NCBI RefSeq assembly: GCF_009914755.1
Contig: NC_060947.1
Length of the DNA stretch: 64,000 nucleotides
Source of the DNA: the human T2T-CHM13v2.0 reference genome, Homo sapiens
Reading direction: 5' to 3' (one strand)
The notes beneath the pieces are model-generated. The model did no database searches and was not told where the DNA came from. It saw nothing but the letters and a program-made list of their open reading frames with translations. Positions within the stretch are counted from its first letter, which is position 1. The number at the start of each line of letters is the position of its first letter. The translations under genes and the position numbers were made by a program. Of the stretch, positions 13,698 through 37,934 are shown piece after piece.

Positions 13698-14709
13698 TGG
13701 AGTTTTTGTACTTCATCTCTGTAGATATTCATTGCAGACACATTCATTCGTAATTACCCAAAAACTTTATTATTGAGAGCCTCCTGTTTTATTTAAACAA
13801 TGTATTCTTTTAGAATATCTTGCCATAGTCATGTGACTCTCTTCCCTTCCAAGCTTTGGAAATATCTGCTTCCTCAAGTCTAGGACAGACTTCTGGTTAT
13901 AACCTACTCCTTTGTTGTTTTAAAATCCAAAATAATATGATTATTTCTCCTAAGACTCCTCATACTTGCATTTCATTCAGACATTTTTCATTTTGGTCAG
14001 CATTACATTGAAAATCATTCCTATTATTATCACTACCTCTACCTTCTGATAAATGAGTTGAAACTTCTCAGCTGGACCATAGCTGAATTCATTTTCTATT
14101 CTCCAAATTTTCTTATATGTCTCACATGTTGCCCTTTGCATCACCTGCATTTATCACTTTTATTTTTGTCCCATATTCTACAATATTTAAGCAAGCTTTC
14201 AAGATGCTCTTAAATAGATGTAGTGAAAGAAGTATTCCTGCTGTTACATAACAGAATTTATTTATACTTATTGAGATTTTTCCTTACTCTTTTTCACCTG
14301 CAATATCTGGAGTACATGTTCTAATAATTTCTTCTCTATATTTCTATCTAATATTTTGATTTATTAACTCATTATTCTCTCCATCTAATACAAGCTCCAT
14401 ATTGTCACTAGAAATGTATTCCTAGAACCCAAATATGTTAAAATTATACTTTTTATAAAAATCACTCAGCAACAGCCTATCACACACAGGATAAAATTCA
14501 AAAAATGTTCCATGGTTACACAATGATTTGTGATCTTCTATTTTATGTGAAAAATTACAGAACTTTCTTCCATTCTGACTTTTGCAAGAAGACAAGAAGA
14601 AAGATTGCTACAAGTGTAGCTTAAGCAAATCACAGGGAACAGTAGATACTTTTCTTTCTCTGGTTGTCCTTCCCTTAGGTCTAGACATCAGCCTTTTCTT
14701 ACTTTAAGG

Positions 14710-15682
14710 AACATTTACTTTTACTGACAAAATTATAATTGTATATATAGATACACATATATATTTAAGTACATTGTGATGGTTTAATATATGAATGCAA
14801 TGTGAAATAATTTAATCAAGTGATTTAACATATCCATTGCATCACTTACCTGACTATTTTTCTAGGGAGAACATTTGTAATTTACTCTTATTGTTTTGAA
14901 ATGCACAATACATTATTATTAATTATAGTCACCATGCTGTACAATAGGTCCTAAAAATTCATTTTTTCCATCTAACTGAAGTTTTGTATCTTTTAACTAA
15001 CGTCTCCCCATGACTCAACACTGCTCCTAACTTTGGCAACCATCATTCTACTTGCTACTTCTGTGAGTTCAACTTTTTTAGATTCCACATATAAGTGACA
15101 TTATGTGATTTTTGTCTTTCTGAGTCTGGTTTATTTCCTTTAGCATAATTTTCTTCAAGTTTATTCTTCAAGTTCATCCATGTTGTCATAAAGACAGAAT
15201 TTTCTTCTGTTCTAGGATGAGTAGTATTCCATTGTGCATAAATAAAACATTTTTTTGGTCCATTCATCTATTGATGGACAGTTAGATTGATTCCATATCT
15301 TGCTTATTGTGAATAATGCTGTCATAAACATAAAAGTGCAGATATCTTTTAGACATGGCCATTTCATTTTTTGATATATACCCAGCAGTGAAATTGCTGG
15401 AGCATACAACAGTTCTATTTTTATTTTTTTTAAAACCTCCATAATGGCTGTACTAATTTACATTTCCACCAACAGTATGCAAGTGCTCCCTTTCCTCCCC
15501 ATGTTGATCAACACTAGTTATTTTTCATCTTTTTGATAATAGCCATTTATACAGGTGTGACATAATATCTCACTGTGATTTTAAACTGCATTTCTCTAAT
15601 AATTAGTTATGTTGAGCATTTTATATATATCTATTGGCTATTTGTGTGTCTTCTTTTGAAAAATGTCTATTCAGATAATTCA
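14710..15682 (-). mobile_element. L1MA 3' end
   Basis: Minus-strand ORF2 C-terminal remnants (ORFs 15055..15267 and 15212..15442) and an L1MA-type 3' UTR. Confidence 0.8.
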
Positions 15683-15796
15683 GTCTAGAAAACAAATAAC
15701 ATGAATCAAAAAGACATTAGCACTCTTGATCTGATGGTAGGCATCCCAGAAGTCAGCCAAATTGAAAAATATGGGGTTGACAACATGAGACCCCTC

Positions 15797-17800
<2,004 letters not shown>

Positions 17801-18296
17801 CCCCAAATGCCAACTTTTAACAGTTTTATTCAGCATATTTCTGGAGTTCCTAGCCAGAGCAATTAGACAAGAGAAATAAATAAAGGGCATCCATTTAGAA
17901 TAATGGCTTTCAGTTTAATCCATACACTAAGGGGCCGCACTTCACCAATGTGGAATACATACATGTAAGATATTTGCACTTGTACCAAACATATATATAT
18001 GTATATATATAACATATATACATATATACAACATATATATACGTATATATAACATATATATACGTATATACAACATATATATACGTATATATAACATATA
18101 TACGTATATATAACATATATACATATATAACATATATACATATATATAACATATATACATATATAACATATATACACATATATAACACATATACATATAT
18201 AACATATATACATATATAACATATATATAACATATATAACATATATATACATACACACATATATGTATACATGTTGACACATGTATATATGTATAC

Positions 18297-18339
<43 letters not shown>

Positions 18340-20672
18340 ACAAATATATTATCTTACCCCAGGTCAAATGACTTTTTTCAAATAGACAAATTATAATGAA
18401 TGCTAGTGAGGATGTGAAGAAGAGGGAACACTCACCCAGTGTTGGTGGCAATTTAAATTTGTATGGTCACTATGGAGGAGAGTATGGAAATGCCTCAAAA
18501 GCTAAAAATAGAACTATCATATTCTCTATCTATATATCTATATCTATATAGACAAAGAGAGAATATATATAATTAAATGACAAATTATTCTTGTTTGGAA
18601 ATGATATAATCTTATATTTAGGAAAACTAAAAATCTACCAAAAATTAGAACTGAGAAATCCAGTAAAGTTGCAGGATACAAAATCAACACAAAAAAGTGA
18701 ATAGCGTTTCTATTTACAAACAGCATACAACCTGAAAAAGAAACCAAGAAAGCAATCTCATTTGCAATAACAACTAAAATTAATTATCTGAACATAAACT
18801 TAATCAAAAAAGTTATATATCTAAATGATAAAAAATAAAACACTGATGAAAGAAATGTAAAAGAAGAGAAGAAGTAGAAATACATTCCATGTTCACAGAT
18901 TGAAATAATCAATACTTTTTAAATGTCCATACTACTTAAAGCAATCCTTGCATTCAATACAATCCCTAACAAAATACCAAATACCTTCTTCATGGAAATA
19001 AAACAAACAATCCTAAAATTCATAGGCGACCAAAAAAGATCTAGAATCGCCAAAGCAATCCTGAGAAAAGAATAAGAAACCTGGAGGCATCACATTACCT
19101 GACTTCAAATTATACTATATAAAACCATAGTAACCAAAACAGCATGGTACTGGCATAAAAGTAGACATATAGACCAATGGAACAGAATAGAGAACACAGA
19201 AATAAATCCATGCATTTACAGTCAATTCATATTTGACAAAGACACCAAGGCCGCACATTAGGAAAGGACAGTCTGTTAAATAAATGGTGCTGGAAAAACT
19301 TGACATGCATAGGCATAATAATGAAATTAGAACCCTCTCTCTCAGAATATACAAAAATCAAGCAAAAATAGATTGAAGACTATAGTGTAAGACCAGAAAC
19401 TAAAATACTATGAGAAACAAATATTGTGGAACTCTTTCTAGATATTGGTCTAGGCAAAGATTTCTTGAGTAAAACCTAAAAAGCACAGGTAACAAAAGCA
19501 AAAATGGACAACAGGATTACATCAAGCTAAAAATACTCTGTACAGCAAAGGAAACAACAAAGTGAAGAGACAACCTACAGAATGGGAAACAATTTTTGCA
19601 AAGTCTTCAACTAATAGGGAATTAATAAACAGAATATAAAAGAACTCAATTTAATAACAAAAAGCCATGAATAATCTGATTTAAAAATGGGCAAAAGATC
19701 TAAATAGACTTTTCTCAAAAGAAGACATACACACGTTGCCATCAAGTATGTGAAAAAATGCTCAAAAGCATTAATCTTCAGAAAAAATTGTAAATTATAG
19801 CCACAATGAGATAGCATCACTGTCTGGGTTAAATGACTTTATCAAAAAGAGAAATTCTAACAAATATTGCTGAGGGTGAGAAGAAGAGTGAACACTCATT
19901 TAATGTTCGTGGTAATTTAAATTAATATGGCTATTGTGAAGGAGAGTATGGAAGTGTCTCGAAAAAGTAAAAATAGAGTTATTATATGATTCATGAATCC
20001 TACTGCTGGATCTATGTTCAAAAGAAAGAAAATCACTATATCGAAGACATAGCTACACTCAAGTGCTTATTATAGCACTATTCACAATAGCCAAGATATG
20101 GAATCAACCTAAGTTTCTATGATTGAATGAATGGATAAAAAATGTGAAATATATACATGGTGAAACATTATACAGTCATAAAGAATGAAATCCTTTTATT
20201 TTCAAGAGTATGGCTGGAATTGGAGACTATTATGTTAAATGAAATAAGCCAAACACAGAAAAAAATATGAAGTATCACCTTTTTACTCATATGTGGAAGC
20301 TAAAAATTTGATCTCATAATGGTAGAGACTAGAAGGATAGTTACCAGAAGTTGGGAGAAGTAGTGGGAAGGAAGAATATAGAGGTTTGGCTTAATGAGTA
20401 CAAAAATACAGTTAGATAGAAAAAAATAAGATCTAATGATTTGTGGTAGAATTGGACAGCTAAAATTAACAATCATTTATTGTACATTTTAAAGTAGCTA
20501 GAGAAGGAGATTTGAAATGTTTCCACCACCAAAGAAAAGTAAGTGTTTGAGGTGATGGATATTTTATTTGCTTGATTTGATCATTACATATTGTACACTT
20601 ATATCAAAATATTACATGTATTGCATAAATATGTACAATTATATATCTATAAAAATTAAAATAAAAAGTTTT
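17801..20672 (+). mobile_element. L1MA ORF2 to 3' end, interrupted at ~17900-18570
   Basis: Decayed ORF2 ('ctggaggcatcacattacctgacttcaaattatac') through an L1MA 3' UTR and A-rich end. Confidence 0.8.
17990..18338. repeat. Compound (TA/CA)-rich simple repeat ending in (TG)n
   Basis: Units such as 'atataacatatatac' seen directly. It grew from an L1 3' tail. Confidence 0.95.
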
Positions 20673-20757
20673 AAGAGAAACTTGCAAGCATCTCAAAATC
20701 AAACAGAAGAATATTTTCTTTTTGATTTTTATGAAAGAAATTATAGTTTGTAAAACA

Positions 20758-21285
20758 AATTTTAATTTTTGATTCTTGTGGATACATAGTGTATATGCAT
20801 ATGGGGTTCATGACATATCTTGATACAGTCATATAATATGTAATAATCACATCAGGATAAATGGTGTATACATCACCTCAAATATTTATACTTTTTCTGT
20901 GTTACAAACAATCCAATTATACTCTTTTAGCTATTTGAAAATGTAAGATAAATTATTGTAGACTGTAGTCACCCAGTTTTGCTATCAAATATTAGATCTT
21001 ATTAATTCAACCTAACTATATTTTTGCACCCATTAACAATTCCTTTTTCCCACCTACTACCATTCCCAGCCTCTCGATATCATTCTTCCAGATCTTCATG
21101 AGTTCAATTATTTTCATTTTTGGCTCCCACGAATAAATGAGAAGAAACAAGTAATGTTTGTCTTTTTGTGCCTGGGATATTTCACTTAACATAATGACCT
21201 CCAGTTCAATCCACGTTTTTGCAAATAACAGGATCTCATTCATTTTTATGGCTGAATAGAAATCCATTGTGTATATGTATCATTT
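20758..21285 (-). mobile_element. L1MA 3' end
   Basis: ORF 21016..21267 (YSAIKMNEILLFAKTWIELEVIMLSEISQAQKDK) and an L1MA 3' UTR. Confidence 0.8.
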
Positions 21286-22674
21286 TTTCTTTGTTTTTAA
21301 ACTTTTTTTTTAGGCTCAGGGGTACATGTGAATGTTTCTTATATAGGTAAACTTGTGTTACAGGGGTTTGATGTATATATTATTTTATCCCTCAGGTATT
21401 AAGCCTGGTACCCAATCGTTATTATATTATTTTCTGCTCCTCTCCCTTCTCCCATTCTCTACCCTATGATAAGCCCCAGTGTCCATTATACCGCTCTTTG
21501 TTTCCGTGTGATCTCATTATTTAGTTCTTACTTATAAGTGAAAACATGCGGTATTTGGTTTTCTGTTCTTGCATTAGTTTGCTAAGAATAATGAACTCTC
21601 CATCCATGTTCCTTCCAAAAATATGATATCCTTATGTTTTATGGCTGCATAGTAGTCCATGGTGCACATATATCACATTTTTTAACCAGTCTTTCATTAA
21701 TAGGCATTTAGGTTGATTTCATGTCTTTGCTGTTGTGAATAGTGCTGCAATAAACATACACATGCATTTGTTTTTATGTTAGAATGATTCATGTTCAGTT
21801 GGGTATATATCAAGTAATGGGATTGCTGGTCCAAATGGTAGTTGTGTTTCTAGGTTTTTCAGGAATCACAACACTGTTTTCCACAATAGTTGAACTAAGT
21901 TACACTTCCACCAACATAACTGTTCCCTTTTCTCCAAACCTTGCCAGCACCTGTTTTTCTTTTTTTTTTTGACTTTTTAAAAATAGCCATTGTGAGTTGT
22001 GTCAGATGAAATCTCATTGTAGTTTTGATTTGAACTTCTGTAATGATCAGTGATGTTGAGCCTTTTCTTCATATGCTTGTTGGCTGCGTGCATGTCTATG
22101 TCTTTTTTCAAAAAGTGTCTATTCATGTCTTATGTTTACTTTTTAATGAGGTGCTTTACTTCTTACTTGCAAATTTCTTTAAGTTTCTTATAGATGTTGG
22201 ATATTAGACCTTTGTCAGATAGATAGCTTGCAAATATTTTCTCTTACTGTGTAGGTTGTATGTTTTATCTGTTCATAGTTTCTTCTGCTGTGCAGAAGTG
22301 CTATAGTTTAATTAGATCCCATGTCAATTATTGTTATTGGTTTATTTGTCATGAAATATTTGCCCATTCCTATGTCCAGAATGGTATTGCCTAGGTTGTC
22401 TTTCAGGGATTTGAGAGTTTTTGGTTTTATACTTAAGTCTGTAATCCATCTTGAGTTGATTTTTTTTTTATTATACTTTAAGTTTTAGGATACATGTGCA
22501 CATTGTGCAGGTTAGTTACATATGTATACATGTGCCATGCTGGTGCGCTGCACCCACTAACTCATCATCTAGCATTAGGTATATCTCCTAATGCTATCCC
22601 TCCCCCCTCCCCCCACCCCACAACAGTCCCCAGAGTGTGATGTTCCCCTTCCTGTGTCCATGTGATCTCATTGT

Positions 22675-26499
<3,825 letters not shown>

Positions 26500-26562
26500 T
26501 ATGATGTTAGCTGATAATTTTGCTCATTAGTTGATGCAGTTTCTTCCTAGTCTCGATGGTCT

Positions 26563-27579
26563 TTACATTTTGGCATGATTTTGCAGCGGCTGGTACCGGT
26601 TGTTCCTTTCCATGTTTAGTGCTTCCTTCAGGAGCTCTTTTAGGGCAGGCCTGGTGGTGACAAAATCTCTCAGCATTTGCTTGTCTGTAAAGGATTTTAT
26701 TTCTCCTTCACTTATGAAGCTTAGTTTGGCTGGATATGAAATTCTTGGTTGAAAATTCTTTTCTTTAAGAATGTTGAATATTGGCCCCCACTCTCTTCTG
26801 GCTTGTAGGGTTTCTGCCGAGAGATCTGCTGTTAGTCTGATGGGCTTCCCTTTGAGGATAACCTGACCTTTCTCTCTGGCTGCCCTTAACATTTTTTCCT
26901 TCATTTCAACTTTGGTGAATCTGACAATTATGTGTCTTGGAGTTGCTCTTCTCGAGGAGTATCTTTGTGGCATTCTCTGTATTTCCTGAATCTGAACTTT
27001 GGCCTGCCTTGCTAGATTGGGGATGTTCTCCTGGATAATACCCTGCAGAGTGTTTTCCAACTTGGTTCCATTCTCCCCATCACTTTCAGGTACACCAATC
27101 AGATGTAGATTTGGTCTTTTCACATAGTCCCATATTTCTTGGAGGCTTTGCTCATTTCTTTTTATTCTTTTTTCTCTAGACTTCCCTTCTCGCTTCATTT
27201 CATTCATTTCATCTTCCATCACTGATACCCTTTCTTCCAGTTGATCGCATCGGCTCCTGAGGCTTCTGCATTCTTCTCGTAGTTCTCGAGCCTTGGTTTT
27301 CAGCTCCATCAGCTCCTTTAAGCACTTCTCTGTATTGGTTATTCTAGTTATACATTCTTCTAAATTTTTTTCAAAGTTTTCAACTTCTTTGCCTTTGGTT
27401 TGAATGTCCTCCCGTAGCTCAGAGTAATTTGATCGTCTGAAGCCTTCTTCTCTCTGCTCGTCAAAGTCATTCTCCATCCAGCTTTGTTCCATTGCTGGTG
27501 AGGAACTGCATTCCTTTGGAGGAGGAGAGGTGCTCTGCTTTTTAGAGTTTCCAGTTTTTCTGTTCTGTTTTTTCCCCAT
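26563..27579 (-). CDS. L1 ORF1p, intact 338-aa reading frame
   Basis: MGKKQNRK...NHAKM at full canonical length. REKG, ARR and YPAKLS motifs are preserved. Confidence 0.93.
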   Translation of the reverse strand: MGKKQNRKTGNSKKQSTSPPPKECSSSPAMEQSWMENDFDEQREEGFRRSNYSELREDIQTKGKEVENFEKNLEECITRITNTEKCLKELMELKTKARELREECRSLRSRCDQLEERVSVMEDEMNEMKREGKSREKRIKRNEQSLQEIWDYVKRPNLHLIGVPESDGENGTKLENTLQGIIQENIPNLARQAKVQIQEIQRMPQRYSSRRATPRHIIVRFTKVEMKEKMLRAAREKGQVILKGKPIRLTADLSAETLQARREWGPIFNILKEKNFQPRISYPAKLSFISEGEIKSFTDKQMLRDFVTTRPALKELLKEALNMERNNRYQPLQNHAKM

Positions 27580-28034
27580 CTTTGTGGTTTTATCTACTTT
27601 TGGTCTTTGATGATGGTGATGTACAGATGGGTTTTTGGTGTGGATGTCCTTTCTGTTTGTTTGTTTTCCTTCTAACAGAGAGGACTCTCAGCTGCAGGTC
27701 TGTTGGAGTACCCTGCCGTGTGAGGTGTCAGTGTGCCCCTGTTGGGGGTTGCCTCCCAGTTAGGCTGCTCGGAGGTCAGGGGTCAGGGACCCACTTGAGG
27801 AGGCAGTCTGCCCTTTCTCAGATCTCCAGTTGCGTGCTGGGAGAACCACTGCTCTCTTCAAAGCTGTCAGACTGGGCCATTTAAGTCTGCAGAGGTTACT
27901 GCTGTCTTTTTGTTTGTCTGTGCCCTGCCCCCAGAGGTGGAGCCTACAGAGGCAGGCAGGCCTCCTTGAGCTGTGGTGGGCTCCACCCAGTTCCAGCTTC
28001 CCGGCTGCTTTGTTTACCTAATCAAGCCTGGGCA

Positions 28035-28361
28035 ATGGTGGGCGCCCCTCCCCCAGCCTCGCTGCCACCTTGCAGTTTGATCTCAGACTGCTGTGCTAGC
28101 AGTCAGCAAGACTCCGTGGGCGTAGGACCCTCCCAGCCAGGTGCGGGATACAATCTCGTGGTGCGCCGTGTCTTAAGCCCGTCGGAAAAGCACAGTATTT
28201 GTGTGGGAGTGACCCGATTTTCCAGGTGCCCCAGGTCTGTCACCCCTTTCTTTGGCTCAGAAAGGGAACTCCCTGACCCCTTGCACTTCCCAAGTGAGGC
28301 AATGCCTCGCCCTGCTTCAGCTTGCGCACAGTGCGTGCACCCACTGACCTGTGCCCACTGA
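28035..28361 (+). CDS. L1 antisense ORF0 (extended, 108 aa)
   Basis: MVGAPPPASLPPCSLISDCCAS...GVTRFSRC matches primate L1 ORF0. The ATG at 28035 is in a good Kozak context (GCAATGG). Expression is not shown. Confidence 0.7.
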   Translation: MVGAPPPASLPPCSLISDCCASSQQDSVGVGPSQPGAGYNLVVRRVLSPSEKHSICVGVTRFSRCPRSVTPFFGSERELPDPLHFPSEAMPRPASACAQCVHPLTCAH

Positions 28362-28974
28362 CTGGCATTCCATAGTGAGATGAACCCGGTACCTCAGATG
28401 GAAATGCAGAAATCACCCGTCTTCTGCGTCGCTCACACTGGGAGCTGTAGACTTGAGCTGTTCCTATTCGGCCATCTTGGCTCCTCCACATCGAGTTGAT
28501 TCTTGTATGTGGTATAAGGAGGGTGTCTGGTTTTGACTTCTGCATATGGCTAGCCAGTTATTCCAGCACCATTTATTGAGTAGGGAGTTATTTTCCCATT
28601 GCTTGTTTTTGTCAGGCTTGTCAAAGATCAGATGGTGGCCTTATTTCTGGGTTCTCCATTCTTCTCCATTGGTCTATGTATATTTTCGTGCTGCTACCAT
28701 GCAGTTTTGGTTACTGTAACCCTGTAGTATAGTCTTAATTCAGGTAGTGTGATGCCTTTTTCTTTGTTCTTTTTGCTTAGACTTTGCATGGGTATTTGGG
28801 CTTGTTTTGTTTTATATGAATTTTAAAATAGTTTTTATCTAGTTCTATGAAAAATGGCTTTGGTAGTTTCATAGGAATAGCATCCAATCTATAAATTTGG
28901 CAGCATAACCATTTTAATGATATTGATTCTTTCTGTTATACAAATGAACATAAAATTTTTTTCCATTTGTTTGT

Positions 28975-29341
28975 TGATATGGTTTTTCTCTGTGTCCCCA
29001 CCCAAATTTCATCTCAAATTTTAATCCCCACAGGTTGAGGGAGGGACCTGGTAGGAGGTGATTGAATCTCCAGGGTGGTTTTTCCCATGGTGTTCTCATG
29101 ATAGTGAGGAATTTCTCATTAGAGCGCATGGTTTTAAAAGTGGCAGTTTCCCCTGTGCCCTCTCTCTCTCCTGTTGCCTTGTGAAAAGAAGGTGCTTGCT
29201 TTTCCTTTACCTTCTGCCATGTTTGTAAGTTTCCAGAGGCCTCCCAGCCATGTGAAACTGTGAGTCAATTAAACCTCTTTCTTTATAAATTACTCAGTCT
29301 CAGGTAGTACCTTTATGGCAGTCTGTGAACAAACTAATAGA
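28975..29341 (+). mobile_element. THE1D LTR (5' LTR)
   Basis: 'tgatatggttt...gtgtccccacccaaat...ctgtgagtcaattaaacctc...actaata'. Confidence 0.85.
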
Positions 29342-30888
29342 GAATATTCGCATTGGGTTAGCGGGTTATTCTATAAAGATGACCTGAAAAGGTGAAAGTG
29401 ACTTTGGAACTGGGTAATGGGCATAGGTAGAAACAATTTGGAGGCCTTATAAGAAAACCAGAAAGATGTGGGAAAGTGTGGAACTTCCTGGAGACTTGTT
29501 GAATGATTTTGACCAAAATGCTGATACTGACATGAACAGTGAAGTCCAGGTTGAGGTGGTCTCAGATGGAGATGAGGAACTTCTTTGGAACTGGAGCAAA
29601 GTTCACTCTTGCTATGCAAAGAGACTGGTGGCATTTTGTCCCTGCCCTAGAGATCTCCAGACTTTTGAGCTTGAGAGAGATGATTTAGGGTATCTGGTGA
29701 AAGAAATTTCTAAGCAGCAAAGCAGTCAAGAGGTGACCTGGCTGATTCTGAAAACATTCAGTCATATGTGTTCACAAAAAGATTATCAGAAACTGAAACT
29801 TTTATTCGAAAGGGGAAAACAGCATAAAAGTTTGGAAAACTTGCAGCTTGACCATGAGGTAGAAGAGAAATACCAATTTTTTGAAATAAATTCAAGCTGG
29901 CTGCAGAAAATTGCATAAGTAACAAGGAACCAAATGTTAATCACCAACACAATGGGGTAAATGTCTCTAGGGCATTTCAGCGATCTTCATGGCAGCCTCT
30001 GCCATCAGAGACCCAGAGGCCTAGGAGAAAAAAAAGTGCTTCATTGGCTGGGCCCAGGGCCCCAATGCTTTGTGCAGCCTCAGAACTTGGTACTCTGCAT
30101 CCCATCAGCTTCAGCTCCAGCCATGGCTAAAAGGGGACAACATACAGCTCAAGGTATTGATTCAGAGAGTGTAAGCCCCAAGCCTTGGTGGCTTCCATGT
30201 GCTGTGGGGCCTGTGGGTGTGCAGACACAACAGTTCAGTTTTGGAAATCCCTGCCTAGATTTCAGAGGATGTATGGAAACACCTGGATGTTCAGGCAGAA
30301 GTCTGATGCAGAGGTGGAGCCCTCATGAAGAACTTCTGCTAGGACAATACAGAGGGTAACTGTGGGGTAGAAACCAATATCTTGCACCATGCATCTGGAA
30401 AAGCCACAGGCACTCAAAGACAGCCCATGAAAGCAACTGTGGGGAATGTACCCTGCATAGCCACAAAGGTGGAGATGCCCAAGACTTTAGGACCCCATCC
30501 CTTGCATCAGTATGTCCTGGATGTAACATAGAGTCATATGAGATTATTTTGGACCTTTAAGATTTAATGAATTACCTGCCAAATTTCAGACTTGCATGGG
30601 CCTGTGGCACCTTTGTTTTGGTCATTTTCTCCCATTTAGAATGGGAATATTTACCCAATGCCTGCAACCCCAGTGTTCTTGAAAGTAATCAACTTGTTTT
30701 TTATTTTGCAGGCTCATAGGCATAAGGGACATGCCTTGTCTCAGATGAGATTTGGTCTAGGACATTTGAGTTAATGCTGGAATGAGTTAAGGCTTTGGGA
30801 GACTGAAGGGAAGGCATGACTGGTTCTGAAATGTGAAAAGAACATGAGATTTGAGAGGGAGAGGCCATGGGTGGAATTATATGGTTTG
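29342..30888 (+). mobile_element. THE1 internal region plus the first ~12 bp of the 3' LTR
   Basis: MaLR-int ORF remnant (ORF 29466..29918, MWESVELPGDLLN...EVVSDGDEEL). Ends 'ggtggaattatatggtttg' and is then cut by an L1. Confidence 0.85.
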
Positions 30889-31685
30889 AGGATTATAAAA
30901 AAGTCAGGAAACAATAGATGCTTTGAGGTTGCAGAGAAATAGGAATGCTTTTACACTGTTGGTGGGAATGTAAATTAGTTCAATCATTGTGGAAGACAGT
31001 GTGGCAATTCCTCAAAGATTTAGAACCAGAAATACCAGTTGACCCAGCAATCTTATTACAGGGTATATACCCAAAGGAATATAAATCATTTTATTATTAA
31101 GATACATGAGCATGTATGTTCATTACAGCTCTATTCACAAGAGCAAAGACTTGGAATCAATCGAATTGCCCATCAGTGATACACTGGATAAAGAAAATAT
31201 GCTACATATACATGATACAATACTATGCAGCCATAAAAAGAAACAAGATCATGTCCTTTGCAGGGACATGGATGAAGCTGGAAGCCATTATCTTCAGCAA
31301 ACTAATGCAGAAACGAAAACCAAGCACCGCATGTTCTTACTTATGAGTGGGAGCTGAACAATGAGAACACATGGACACAGGGAGGGGAACAACATTGACT
31401 GGGGCCTGTTGGCGGGGAGCAGGAGGATGGAGAGCATCAGGAAAAATAGCTAATGGATGCTGGACTTAATACCAAGGTGATGGGTTGATCTGTGCAGCAA
31501 CTACCATGGCAAACTTTTGCCTATCAGGGAAAAGAGATGATGCATGCTGGGCTTAATATCAAGCTGATGGGTTGATAGGTGGAGCAAACCACCATGGCAC
31601 TCATTTACCTATGTAACACAACTGCACATCCTGCACATGTACCCCAAAACTTAATTAAAATCAATAAATAATAACAATAAAAAAT
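30889..31685 (+). mobile_element. L1PA (older) 3' fragment with a duplicated 3' UTR block
   Basis: ORF2 C-terminus (ORF 31116..31346), 3' UTR and A-rich tail. Confidence 0.85.
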
Positions 31686-31689
31686 TTTC

Positions 31690-32286
31690 ATAGCATTTTT
31701 ATACAGCAACAGTGTTCAATCTCAGAGCCAAATCAAAAATGCCCTCTCATTTAAAATAGCTACCAAAAAATCTAGGGAGACATTTAACCAAGGATATGAA
31801 AGATCTGTACAAGAAGAACTACAAACACTGTGGAAAGAAATCATAAATGACACAAACACATAAAAAATTATATGTTCATAAATTAGAAAATTAAATATTA
31901 TTAAAATAGCCATTCTGCCCAAATCAATCTACAGGTACAATGCTACATGTATCAAATTATCATGTAATTTTTCACAGAATTAGAATAAACTCATTCTAAA
32001 ATTTATATGGAACCATAAAAAAGTGAGCCTGAATAGCCAAAGCAATCCTAGACAAAAACAAAAACACACAAACACCATAAGCAGTGTTATCACATTACCT
32101 GACTTCTAACTGCACCACCAGGACACAGTAGCTCAAACAGCATTTTATTGGTTACAAAAGCAGGCACATAGACAATAGAAGAGGAAGTACCCAGAAATAG
32201 AGCCATACATCTATAGTTATCTGATCATTAACAAAGTCAACAAATGTAAGCAATGGCGAAAGAACTCCTTATTCAATAAGTGGTGT
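31690..32286 (+). mobile_element. Old L1 ORF2 fragment
   Basis: 'atcacattacctgacttc', ending 'ccttattcaataagtggtgt' at the next L1's 5' end. Confidence 0.75.

Positions 32287-37934
<5,648 letters not shown>

Noticed and set aside
17863-18451. ORFs of 120-169 aa
   Set aside because: Translations of a simple repeat.
29466-29918. 150-aa ORF
   Set aside because: Standard THE1/MaLR internal ORF remnant.
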